Assembly (NCBI GenBank): GCA_016618085.1
Contig: JABLTG010000044.1
Coordinates: forward strand, 62,001 to 113,558
Source: Neovahlkampfia damariscottae
Taxonomy: Eukaryota
Length of the DNA stretch: 51,558 nucleotides
Direction of reading: 5' to 3'
In this document: positions 11,788-23,275 of the stretch, piece after piece
How positions within the stretch are numbered: position 1 is the first letter of the stretch
Layout of the letters: the number at the start of each line of letters is the position of its first letter
Notes under the pieces: generated by a model
Database searches by the model: none
What the model saw: only the letters and a program-made list of their open reading frames with translations
Told to the model about the DNA's origin: nothing
Position numbers and translations under genes: made by a program

Positions 11788-13620
11788 TTAAAGCATTTTC
11801 TTAAGCCTTTTCATTGGTCCATTTTCCTCTTTGTTGAAGTTTTGAATTTTTTCATTGGTTACCTTCTTAATTAGTCGATTTTTAATCATAAATTTTGCCA
11901 AAGCAATATTTTTTTTTTTGTTTTGTGTTTTTCTGGCTAATTTGGTGTAAAAACGGAGAAATACCAAAAGACAAACATCCATCAAAAAGAGCTTTCTTTC
12001 ATAAGAAATCTAAAAATCCCAAATACAGAACCTGATTTCAGAACTTTATGAATAAAAGAATCAATATCAAACAAGCGTCTTTCCCCATCAATTGAAATTC
12101 CCAACTTGAAATCTATGATCTCTAGGTTCTGAAATGTCCTGTGTTTGTATCCAACTTGGTACCAAGTTTGAAAATCATTCCTAGAGGAGTGCAAAAAATT
12201 GAAGAAAAATGTTGAAGTTGACAAACTTTTATTCATTGGAATTTGATTTTTTGTTTTCAATTTCTTTTGATTTTTCTTTTGCTAGATTTGATGTAAATTC
12301 AAAAGTAATTTGACCAAAATGACCTGTTTTCAATTTTTTGTTCATTCTTTCTTCATCAAAAATTTCACCAGTATCATCCACATATTCGAGTTTTACCATC
12401 TGCTTTTGTAACATTAATTCCAATGAAATGATCAGTTGGACATATTTTTGATAATTGGTTCTGGAAACTTCAACACTGAATCAGTTCTGGTTGTTGAAGT
12501 AAAAAATTCTTGAAAAATCTTCTTCTGTTGAATTCTGAATTGTTTTTGATCCAAATAATAATTCTTGACACAATGGTGATGGAAGTTTTTGTTTTTCTCA
12601 TTCATAAAAAAAAGTGAATCAGCTCATTCAAATTATCATTGTTGCGAAGCCACATTTTTAAAAAAAGTATGGATGGTTTTCATTCTAATTTCAATAATGT
12701 AGTCAAATTAAAAATTTAAATGAACAACTGTAGATTCACATTAGCAACTCGTATCATCAACCTGTTCATCAATTTTTACCAATGGCTTCAATGATTGTTG
12801 ATACAACACCATGAGCTCTTCGTTAACCTCACAAAAAACTCTGTTTTTTCTTCTCCAGTCAATTCCTTCAAGAAAGACCAGTAATATTGACAGACGTTCC
12901 ATGAATTTTAAAAGTGTCTTTTTGCTGACTCTGAATGCTTTTTTGAACCGATTTTCGTTTTTATTGGTCAAATTTCCTGAGTTTGAGGACATTTTGGAAG
13001 ACCCATTATTTTATCAATAATTTATTCCTAATTCCTCCACATTGATAAATTAGTTATTTATAAATGTTGGACCAATAATATTCCACTTTGCTGACCAATC
13101 CAATCATTCTCTTACAATTGATGCATTACGTCGTTTTTCTCCTACTAACAGTCACCGTTGTTGTAGTGAATTCAGTAGCTTCTATTTCAGCAACCCCAGG
13201 AAATCCAATGGTGGGTAGAAAACTCCCATATGTTCGAGTTGTTGATTGTGAAAAGGTGGATTTAAGTTCAAAAGCAATTCTTCGATATTCTGCTTCATGT
13301 ATGGGAGATTGTAACAAAAGCAAGTGCCAAGTGGTGAAGTTTTATTTTAGTTTTGGAATAAGAGAGTAAGAACAACGTTTTTCTAAATGACTCAAGAGAT
13401 TTATGTCCTGGTGACATTAGTACCTGCAAATGTTCTAATGTATTCAGCTCACTCGATAAATCTTCAAAGCTACAAAAAATTTCTGACACTGTTTCAGATT
13501 TATTAAGTTGTCCTCGAATTAACATCAATCTTTCAGGAAGAAGTAAAAGTGTTTCACATAGAAAATTACCAAATTATTCTTCAATTGAAAAAATCAAACG
13601 TAAATACAGCCATGGCTTTA
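11788..13620 (-). pseudogene. Decayed, frameshifted coding remnants of unknown family
   Basis: A series of short protein-like minus-strand ORFs (11788-12605, 12741-13528) in shifting frames with internal stops. I could not reconcile them using GT-AG introns. Confidence 0.4.
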
Positions 13621-13869
13621 ATAGATTAAAAAAATCAACCAAAAAATTCATCAGAAAAAAAAACAAATATCTCTTGGAGTTAGATTCTTTAGAGGAAGAG
13701 CTAGATTTTGATTTTGAATAAAACCATTTTTTTATCTTGTTTTCTTGTTATTTTCATAAATCCTATATCTTTTGAACTATTTCTTCCGTTTTAATAAGAC
13801 CTGTTTTCTTTCCAGATTTTGAAGATTCAAAAAACAAAGTTTGAGCTTATTGGTCAACTGTTCAACTAA

Positions 13870-14526
13870 ATGATGAAAGTTCTCCAAACAAACAATAACA
13901 CTTTTTCAAATCTAGATAATCTAGATGAATTATTTTCTCCTTTACCAGATATATCCATATCAGATGAAGAAAACCAAATTCAAGAACAAATAAATCCAAA
14001 AGAACAAATTGTAAAAAAAAAGAAAGCATCCAAACAAAAAAGTACAAAAATAAAGAAACAACAGAAAATCTCTGAAAAGAATATATCCAAGGCATTTCAG
14101 AAACTAGAAAAAAGACATAAAAAAAAGAAAAATGAACCAAAAAAAAAATTTATACCAACAACACCCATTTGTAAGTTTTATCAAGAAGGAAGATGTACAA
14201 ATGATGAATGTCCATTTCGACATGAAGGTCCATTGATTCAAAAAAAAGAGATTTGTAAATTTTATTTGGCTGGAGTTTGCCAAAAAGAAGAAGACTGTAT
14301 TTATTCTCATGACACTCAAAATTATCCTTGTCGTTTTTTTTATTTAGGTAATTGTCGACAAAATAATTGCAAATTCTCACATCAAGGAGAAATAACGGAA
14401 GAGCAAAGAATTGAATTGAAAAAGATCTGGTCTGCAGGAATGGATGAAGAAATCAAAGAAATTAAAGAAAAAAAACAACCAGAAGAATTGAATTTGGAAA
14501 ATCCTTTTGCCAAAAAAATTTTTTGA
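13870..14526 (+). CDS. Triple CCCH zinc-finger protein (ZC3H4/6/8-like)
   Basis: Three fingers, CKFYQEGRCTNDECPFRH, CKFYLAGVCQKEEDCIYSH and CRFFYLGNCRQNNCKFSH, follow a basic K-rich region. Confidence 0.9.
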   Translation: MMKVLQTNNNTFSNLDNLDELFSPLPDISISDEENQIQEQINPKEQIVKKKKASKQKSTKIKKQQKISEKNISKAFQKLEKRHKKKKNEPKKKFIPTTPICKFYQEGRCTNDECPFRHEGPLIQKKEICKFYLAGVCQKEEDCIYSHDTQNYPCRFFYLGNCRQNNCKFSHQGEITEEQRIELKKIWSAGMDEEIKEIKEKKQPEELNLENPFAKKIF

Positions 14527-14589
14527 ATAAAAAACGTTTTTGGATAAAGTGATTTCATTGGTTCGGGTTTTTCAAACAAAAAATAGAAA

Positions 14590-14978
14590 ATGTTTGGAGC
14601 AACTTCTGTCAAAGCTGGTAAATTTTCATTAAGTTTAGATACTCCTTCTACTTTTGTATGTTCTTTAAATCTTGATTCCGGTTTACATTTAAACGATGAA
14701 GCACCAAACGGTTTTAAAATTATTTCTTCCAACGGAATTCAATCAGAAAGTATGAATGGATCAATTCAAGATGGAAAAATCCAATTTAATTTCACAGCTA
14801 CAAAAGAAACTGTCTTGACGTAAATTTTTTTTTAAAAAAAATTAACAATTCAAGTGTACAAGTAAATGCTTTTGTTTGTAAAGGTGATGCTTGTTCAAAA
14901 AAAACTTATGATGTAGAATTCATTATTACAAAAGGAGATACTTCAAAAATTGAATATTCATTAAAAGTTGATTTTTAG
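14590..14978 (+). CDS. Small beta-rich protein resembling the C-terminal (DsbD-N-like) domain of NHLRC2/SOQ1
   Basis: Intron 14820-14854 (GT..AAG) gives ...GLHLNDEAPNGFKI...TVLTVQVNAFVCKGDACSKKTYDVEF...VDF*. The HLNxEAP and CxxxxC motifs match my recollection of that domain. Confidence 0.6.
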
Positions 14979-15169
14979 TTAACACAATACTACATTTTAT
15001 GATATAGACAAATGCTACATAGCACTTACTTATTCTGACAAATTTAAATACTCAAAATCTAGCATTTACACAAATTTTGGCTTTCTTTCAATTTCACTTT
15101 GTCTGTGATACATTTTTTATTGGATTTTATTTGGTTGAGTCAAGCCAATCATATTTCCTAAATTTTTGA

Positions 15170-16979
15170 ATGTTTTTTCGTGGTCGTTCTAATTCACTAA
15201 CGACAAAATCTGTTGTCAAAATATTTGGTCCATATATTGAAATCAAAGTAGAAGAAGCTCTTTTGAATTCAAAACGTAATTCTAAAATAATTCTAAAATT
15301 ATAGAAACATCATCTCCGTATGTGATAGTTAGAATTGGAAGTGAACAAAGAAGTACAAAAATTTTGAAAAAAACACAGGTACCAGTATGGAACGAGACAC
15401 TTTCGATTCCAATGACAGTTTCTCAAGGAAGTTTACATGAGTCAAAATTGGAAAGTAAAACAGAATTGTATTTTTTTAAATTAAAAAAAGTTGAATGTTG
15501 GAGTTTTGGTGGAACAAAAAAAGATATATTCATAGGAAAGACTTGTATAAATCTTGAAAATTTGAAAAATAATGAAACCACAAAATATGTAAATAAATTA
15601 GGTTTGAAAAAAATCAACTAAAAAAAATTTTCAGATCAAGTGGAATTCTGTACTATTCTATTTGAAATAACACCAAGAAATTATGACTTAAAAACATTTC
15701 GAAAAGATAAAGAAACCATCGCTAGAACAGTGATTAAAAATAAACTGAAAAGCTCACATTATAAACATTTTGATGATAAGTTTTTAGAGAATCTAACACA
15801 AAAATTATCAAGTAATTCATGTATTATTTATTCTAAAAAATTGAAGATATTGACCTTTTCAAAGAAAATTACTTACCAAGTTCATGGGCTGATATTTTAG
15901 AACTTCATCGCAGTTTTACTCGACAATCCTCATTAATTAATTTTTCAATGGATGATTTAGATGATTTAGATTTCACAGTTGTTGAAGATGATGAAGATTT
16001 ACAAGAAGAAATTGAAGAAGAGATTGAAAATGAAAAAAAATTTCATTTTGAAAAAGATATTAAAATTAAAATTGTTTTTGTTGATCAGTTACCAGAAAAT
16101 GGAAAAAAACAATTGATAAAACTGATAACACCAATTGCAACTGAATATGGTTTCACAAATGTTGGATTTTTTCATACAGCCTTAATTATTGGTCCATGGT
16201 ATATTGAATGGACAAGTGACAGTCTGTGTATCCCAAGGAAATGTTTTTCAAAATCTGCTTTTTTAACTGTTGACGTTGGAGTTATAGCAACTGTTGAAAA
16301 TTTGGAAATTGTTCGTGACAAAATTGCAAATGTGATTGTAGATTGGAATTCAAATGTAACTTACGCAAAAATTGGAAATGGTAAAAACCATGGAAATTGT
16401 CAAAATTTCATTGATTCTGTATTGGAAAAACTTGAAATTGAATCATCATTTTCAGGATATGTTGCTGATTTTATTAATGATATCAAGAGAAATGGTTCTT
16501 CAAAATTGAAATTCAAAATGAATCCTGAGTTTAGATCAAAATTTACCATCAAAGAAGATTTCATTATTTTTGAATCTCATGTTGAATTAGATAAATTTGT
16601 AATGGATCTATTGAAAATCGATTCTTCTTTTCACATCAATTTTCCAAATGAATCATCACTGTTAAAAAGTTTTGATAGAGCATTTTGGTTGAAGAATTTT
16701 AAATATGAAACCATCATTTCTTTCAATCAAAAAAAGATTAAAGAGTTGAGATTGAATTCATTGAAATTTCAAAATCAAAAAAAAATGAAAGAGATGGGTC
16801 TCGAAGAGGAGTATATTACAAAAATGAAACAGAAGAAAATATTAATCAAGAATGTTGAAGAAGCTTCAAAGAAAAAAGAAACTTGTAGTCCAATGACACA
16901 AGAAAATTGTTATAATAATGAACATGTATCCATTTGTCCATTCGGAAATCCTGCAACAACAAAATCTTTTTGGATTTAA
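15170..16979 (+). CDS. C2-domain protein with a C-terminal permuted papain-like (PPPDE-like) domain
   Basis: Four short GT-AG introns join MFFRGRS... to the 15948 ORF. C2 motif 'SSPYVIVRIGSEQRSTKILKKTQVPVWNET'; His...Asn-Cys dyad pattern 'FHTALIIGPWYIEW ... Y...GNCQNF'. Confidence 0.75.
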
Positions 16980-17104
16980 CTAATTTAAATTAAAATGTTT
17001 TTTCTTTTTTATTTCAAGATTTGATTCACACCAAAAATTTGAAATTGATCTTTCACTATTGGATAGAATGATTTTACGATACAAAACTAATTTATTGAAT
17101 GACT

Positions 17105-17617
17105 TTATAAAATTATGCAATCTTTTTTCTTTTTTTCGTCATGTTTAGTTGCCCATTTTTCAGCACCATGGATCATAATTTCCATAATATGATCATAAGT
17201 TTCAGACCACAAATTGGCAAGTTCATCATTCCATTCATCACCAAGATGCTTTGATAATGCAAATAGCAATGATTCTTTGACATCTAGAAATTGTTGTTTT
17301 GAGTCTACTCCAAATGAGGCATGTTTTTCTCCGAGTTTATCCAAAGTTGCAGCAAGTTTTTCTAAATTCTCAGCAGAGACTACACAAATTCCAACAATTT
17401 TGACTAATTTTTTTCCTTGTTCTTTCATATCTGTGGATTTGAATAATGGTTTATGCTCTGTGAAAAAAAAAGTGAGAAAATTGGAGACTTTGATACCTGG
17501 ATGATTTTTGAAAAGATTTCCGTAGAAAGTTCCTGCAAAAGCTAATAAAGGAGGTTCATTATTTACAGGAGTTGCTTCCTTCAATGTATTCCATGAGTTT
17601 TTTATTTTTTCTGCCAT
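17105..17617 (-). CDS. Single-domain 3/3 globin (flavohemoglobin-type globin domain) with C-terminal polybasic CaaX (KKKKDCIIL)
   Basis: ATG at 17617 (MAEK); in-frame 39-nt intron 17458-17496. Motifs FYGNLFKNHPEHKPLF (B10 Tyr, CD1 Phe), QGKKL (E7 Gln), LGEKHASFGV (F8 His), W..TY. Confidence 0.92.
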   Translation of the reverse strand: MAEKIKNSWNTLKEATPVNNEPPLLAFAGTFYGNLFKNHPGIKVSNFLTFFFTEHKPLFKSTDMKEQGKKLVKIVGICVVSAENLEKLAATLDKLGEKHASFGVDSKQQFLDVKESLLFALSKHLGDEWNDELANLWSETYDHIMEIMIHGAEKWATKHDEKKKKDCIIL

Positions 17618-17665
17618 TTCGGTTGACTTTGGACCAATCATCCAACTTTTTCCAAAATTGTCTAT

Positions 17666-17755
17666 TTATCAGAAAAATTATCAGAAAATTATCATCCTCT
17701 ATGTACAATTTTAATATATTTTAGAGTTTATTGTTCTTCAAACAGATTATCAGAT
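17666..17755 (-). promoter_or_regulatory. Cluster of four GATA (TGATAA) motifs upstream of globin 1
   Basis: TTATCA on + at 17666, 17678, 17689 and 17747. The last reads ATCTGATAA on the minus strand. Confidence 0.45.
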
Positions 17756-17912
17756 TGACAAATACACCAAAAAAGGAAATTTTTTAAAATCTTCAATTTG
17801 AATTCTTTCCCGATTTGAACAACACAAAATCATTTTACTGTTTTCAAAAAGTCAAATTTCACACAGAATGATAAGAGCACAATAATTTTTTAAAAAACAA
17901 AATAATAATTTA

Positions 17913-18418
17913 TCAAGAAATAATGCATGGTTTTTTTTTCTTTTCATCAGGAGCATATTTTAATCCACCTGATATCATAATTTCCATTACTCCGTCATAA
18001 GTTTCAGACCAAATTTGTTCCAATTCATTATTCCATCTCTCTCCTAAGTGCTTACTCAAAGCATAGAGTAAAGATTCTTTCAAATCTTCATATTGTTTTC
18101 TATCGTATACTCCAAAAGAAGCATGTTTAGATCCAAGTTTATCTATTGTTTCTGCAAGTTTTTCTAAATTTTCAGCAGAGACAACTGCAATTCCAACGAT
18201 TTTGACTAATTTTTTACCTTGTTCTTTCATATCTGTAGATTTAAAAAGTACTTTATGTTCTAAAACAAAATGTCAAAAAAAAAAAAAAAAAAAGAACCTG
18301 GATGTAATTCAAAAAAATGACTGTAAAAAGTTTGAACAAAAGCAAGAAGAGGAGGTTCATTATTTACAGGAGAAGCTTCTTTGAGGTAATTCCATGAGTT
18401 TTTAAGTTTTTCTGCCAT
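17913..18418 (-). CDS. Tandem paralog globin with C-terminal polybasic CaaX (KKKKKPCIIS)
   Basis: ATG at 18418; intron 18260-18297 at the same position as in the neighbour. Motifs FYSHFFELHPEHKVLF, QGKKL, LGSKHASFGV. Confidence 0.92.
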
Positions 18419-18623
18419 GTGCTTTGTTTGATGGTTGAGGTTGTTTTTTTGGAGAAATGAAAAGTGACCAATCACAGTTTTTTTTCCTTTTTAAAACATT
18501 CAATTTGACATTTTGGGAACATGATTGTCCCAAAATATACATGATTTACCCAGCCAAATAAAAGTAAAATTGGAAATTTTTAACGGAATTCCATTTCAAT
18601 ACATAAATTCTCTTTATTCCAAT

Positions 18624-20528
18624 TCAGTATGGTATATCAATCAATTGATATTCCTTGCCATTCGATCTTAAATAATGCAAATTTTCAAAGGTAGTGAAAT
18701 ATGCAATGTCAATAGTTTCTGTGATTTCATTCCAACAACATGCAATAGGTGATGATACTGATCCGAATTTATCATATAATTTATTCTCCCATTTTTTTCC
18801 ATTCCAGTAAAAATGTTCGAGACCATGTTTTGTAGTGAAAAAAAACTCAGAGTGATTAGTTTTTTGATTAACACATGCTTTTAAGTCTCCTTTTACTATT
18901 TCTTTACAATTTATTTGTTCATTTTTCCAAGTTCCATTTGGAACGTGAAAATTTTTCACAGTCGCTTTGTTAGTTACATAAAAGATGGAAGTGTGTTTTT
19001 CAGAGGGTTCGAAGAGAATTGATATTGGACCACCAATTGGATGTTTTGAAAATGATCCATTGTCATGTGCCCAGACTCCTTTTTCAATGTAATAATAATG
19101 AATTTGATTGTCTTTTCCTTCAAAGCAAAATGCAGCATGTTGTCTTTGAGGTTCATATGTGGCAGAAACGTCTCCTTTACAAGGATACTTTTTAAAAGCT
19201 GTATGAAGCCATTTTGTATCGAAATATAAATAATGAACAAATCCATCAACTCCTGGAAAGAAAACAGCTGAACGTGATTGTTGTGCTTCGAATACAACTG
19301 AAATTCTACCATGGACCTTACCAGCATCTTTAAAACCTTCATGTTGATGTTTCCAACCAACTTTTGTTTGATATTTTAAATTTAGACATCCATTATATCC
19401 AACATAAAAAATGGAAAGAAATTCATCTTCAATGATGGCTGAAATGTCACCATAACATTCATCTAAATAAGTTGATTCCCATTTCTCTTTCTTTTCATTA
19501 TAAATATTCAACAATAATTCATTATTTTGGTTGGTGATAATATAAGGATAAGATGATTTTGGGTTTGTAACTATTTCAACTGAAAAATCTTCAAAGACAT
19601 CAGGTAAACTGAAAGGAATTGGTTGAAAACTACTTTCTTTCTTCATTGAATGTTTTTCAAGTTCTTTTAAATAATAAAAAGTGGCAAGTTCTTGAACATA
19701 TTCAATATCATCATGTGAACGAAGTAGTTTTGTCAAATTTTTGTAATTTTTCAAATCCAATAATTTTGGTATGATTAATTCAAATGCTTGAATTTTAAAG
19801 GATGTAAACCTAAAACTTGAAATTAAAATATCAGCAGATGAAGTGTCAAAGTAATATTTTTCTGCCAATGATTTTAGAATTTCCATTCTGTCCTCTTCAA
19901 AAGGTAAATTGACACCTTTATTATATGAATTAGATAAAATATCACCAGGTATTAAAAATTTCTTCAATTCATCCAATGCAGCACCTTGAAACAAGTTTTC
20001 AATTTGCATGTTTGGTAATTTTCCAAAATTGATAGGTTTAAACTTTAATTGAAGCATACCAAATACAATAGAAAGTCCTTTTACTTTAGTTTTCAATGGC
20101 AATGAAACTTCTTCTTGTTGATCTTTTTTTAAAGAAACTAAATTATAACTTGATTGGCCAAAGACTTCATCTGAGTTTTCTTCATAAACAAGGAAATCAA
20201 TCATACATTTAGAGTCATGGACACTTTGTTGAACATGTTAAATATTTTGTTTCTGAAACCTGAATTTACATGTTTCTTCAAATTCTAAAATACCTTCTTT
20301 TGAGATGGTAGTTGTCTTTGTTTTGTATGATTTCTTTTTCATATTTAATTGTAAATAGTAATTCTTTTTTTTTTCCTTTTCTTTTTCTTTTGCATAATTT
20401 ACATCAATGGCAATGAAATAAATTTGAATTTTCAAAAATGCTCCTTTTAATGGTAATTTTGAAGACAATGGTGAAACTGTTTCAATAGATAAATCTTTTA
20501 CATATAAATTCTCTTCAACATCAACCAT
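18624..20528 (-). CDS. C2 domain + DUF4476-like + beta-propeller (fucose-lectin-like repeats) protein
   Basis: One intron near 20224-20259 joins the two ORFs. Segment 'FEEDRMEILK..YYFDTSSADILISSFRFTSFKIQAF..IIPKLLD' is DUF4476-like. Repeated 'F.G.DG.(V/I)HY.Y..W' blades follow. Confidence 0.7.
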
Positions 20529-20671
20529 CACTTTCAACTGTCAACAAACGTATTTATTTTTATCCAATGAAATCAACAGAAATTTAAAAAGAAAAAGAAT
20601 AAAAAATTCTCTTTCCAAAAACAATTTTATTCTGATTCCAGTTCTTTGAAAATCCGTCCAATCAAAACAAA

Positions 20672-22264
20672 ATGGAACAAACAAAACCAAATGAAGTGGT
20701 TGAAAAAAAAGAAACCGTCAAAATTGAAGAAACAAGGAAATACAACGTTTCAGATGGTGTTGCTAAAATAAAAAAAGAATATTTAATGATGACAGAAAAA
20801 ATTGGTGAAAAAAGAAAATTAGACACAACCACTGAAAAAGTAGTTCCAAAAAATGAAAAAACTGGACAAAACCATGGAAGAAGAAAAAAGAACAAAATAT
20901 TGAAATCAGACTTTAATGATGGAGAAACACAAAAACCACAATTAGAAGATGAATTCAATGATATACCTTTAGAGATGGTTAGAACACTATCTAGAAATAA
21001 GTATCCATTTTTGGCTCACGATGAAGTTTTAAAACGTGTAAATGATTATGCAAATGAACATAATAAGTTCAAAAATAACATAATTAAACAATTAAACCAT
21101 GAAGTTTTTCCTGATATGGAAGATACAAAATATCGACCTAAAGAAATCAAAAAAATTGATTGGAAAGGAAAAACAGTATTAGCACCATTGACTACAGTCG
21201 GTAATTTACCATTTCGTAAAAAATTTTTCAACTGAAATTTCATAGGTCGAATTTGTAAAGATTTTGGAGTTGATGTTACAGTTGGTGAAATGGCTGTGAC
21301 TTATAATATATTGAAAGGAAAAAGAAGTGAATTGTCTTTATTAAGGCGTCATAAATCTGAAGATATTTTTGGAATTCAAGTTGCAGGTTCATCACCAAGC
21401 GAAATGATCAAATTAGCAGAATTTGTGAATAATGAATTAAAAGTAGATTTTGTGGATATTAATTGTGGATGTCCAATTGATGCAATGTGCAGCAAAGGAA
21501 TGGGTAGTGGATTAATGGAAAGACAAGCAAAATTACAAAACATTTGTAGAGGAATGAAACAAGTTTTGAATGTTCCTTTGACTGTTAAAATGAGAACTGG
21601 AATGGCTACAACAAAACCATTTGCTCATCAATTATTTCCTGCTCTTGAAAAATGTGGTGTTGATGCATTAACACTTCATGGAAGAAGTAAGAAACAAAGA
21701 TACACCAAATTGAGTGATTGGGATTATATAGAACAATGTGCTAAAACAGTTAATATTCCTGTCATTGGAAATGGTGATATTCTTTCATTTGAAGATTTTG
21801 ACAATCACTTGAAAAATTCATCTGTAGATGGAATGATGATTGGAAGAGGAGCTTTAATTAAACCTTGGATTTTCAAAGAAATAAAAGAAAGAAAACATTA
21901 TGACATTAGTTCTTCTGAGCGTTTAGACATCTTAAAAGACTTTGTCAACTATGGTATTGAACATTGGGGTTCGGATGAATATGGATTACAAATCACCAGA
22001 AAATTCACTTTGGAATGGATTTCATTCTTATATCGATATATTCCAGTTGGTCTACTAGAGGTACTTCCTCAAAAGATCAATGAACGTCCACCACCTTTTT
22101 TTGGAAGAAATGATTTGGAAACTTTAATGGCAAGTCCGAGAGTTGAAGATTGGATCAAAATTACAGAATTATTGCCATTAGGTAAAACACCTGATAATTT
22201 TACATTCATTCCAAAACATAAAAGTAACTCTTATGATGATGGTTCATCTAATGTTGAAGGTTAA
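20672..22264 (+). CDS. DUS3: tRNA-dihydrouridine(47) synthase
   Basis: Intron 21216-21245 gives LAPLTTVGNLPFRRICKDFGVDVTVGEMA. Further motifs DINCGCPID, TLHGRSKKQRY, GNGDI, IGRGALIKPW, EHWGSD, RYIPVGLLE, FIPKHKSNSY. Confidence 0.96.
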
Positions 22265-23161
22265 AAATTTAATAAATTCTTCATAAATTCATAGGTTGAA
22301 AATGTGATGATTCCACCAATCACAAACCGAGACATTGATGTAGATAATCCAGTATATAAACTCAAAAATCCTTCTTTTTTGACTGTTTGTCTGTAAGCAT
22401 CAAAAAATCCATTGTAAACTTCTTCTTTGCCTTGGTACATAATTCTGGAAACAATGAAGTCATTTGGATAACAAATCAAAACAGAGATGATTGTTGATAA
22501 TCCAGATATTAATGGTATTAACATTGCATCGTTGTATTTCATTTTTAATGGTTCATAAACGCAAAAATAAATCGAAAATTGTGTAGCAAACATATATGTT
22601 CCTTTATAACCTTTGTACAATCCTAAGAAACCTTCTTCTTGAATAACTCTTTTCGCTGTATTAATTAAACCTGTTTCTTTATATTTTTTAGTTTGTAAAC
22701 GAACTTTAATCAAGCTGATTGGTGATGTAAAAATAGATGCAATTGACCAAGAACCAATTACACTTGGTATTATCGTAAATGGATGCTCTGCTGAAAAATT
22801 GAATTTGTTTCTAAAATAATTTCTAAAAATTTCGTATGTTGGAAAAAAAAGTGACATGGAAATACAACTTGCTTTTTTTTTTTGCATTAAATGTTAAAAT
22901 TTACTTACAAAGTAAGGAAGGTGGTAAACCTTGATATAATGCTTTTAATCCTTCATTTTTATATATTGTATGAACACCACGAAATAGATTTTTATAAACA
23001 GGTTTTGTTTGATGTTCAATTTGTTGTTGGATTTTTGAAACTTGTTGTCTTGTTTTTACTGTATCTATTGGCTGAGTAGATATAGTTGTTACAAGACCAC
23101 TTGTTAAACCACTTATAAAAAATTTGTGTGGTTGAACTGGTGGTAATGTTCCTTCATCCAT
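22261..23161 (-). CDS. Mitochondrial carrier (SLC25, NAD/folate/pyrimidine-nucleotide-like clade)
   Basis: Three carrier repeats (PIDTVKTRQQ, PISLIKVRLQ, PNDFIVSRI), each followed by EG...LYxG. One intron near 22872-22908. Confidence 0.9.
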
Positions 23162-23275
23162 TTTGCTAAATGGAGTATTGACAAAACTAATTGGTTTATT
23201 TTCGGAGTTGAAAATTTTATTCAAAACTGTATTCTTCAACTACTACAGTAGTTTCATCAGTGGCTTGGTTGATGC

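Noticed and set aside
14995..15115. Possible structured ncRNA (AAATGCTA/TAGCATTT and AGACAAA/TTTGTCT pairings, AATTTTGG Sm-like site)
   Set aside because: Short AT-rich stems expected by chance; I could not recognise any snRNA or snoRNA signature. An Infernal/Rfam scan would settle it.
18511..18535. Hairpin TTTTGGGA-N9-TCCCAAAA upstream of globin 2
   Set aside because: A single 8-bp inverted repeat with no supporting context.
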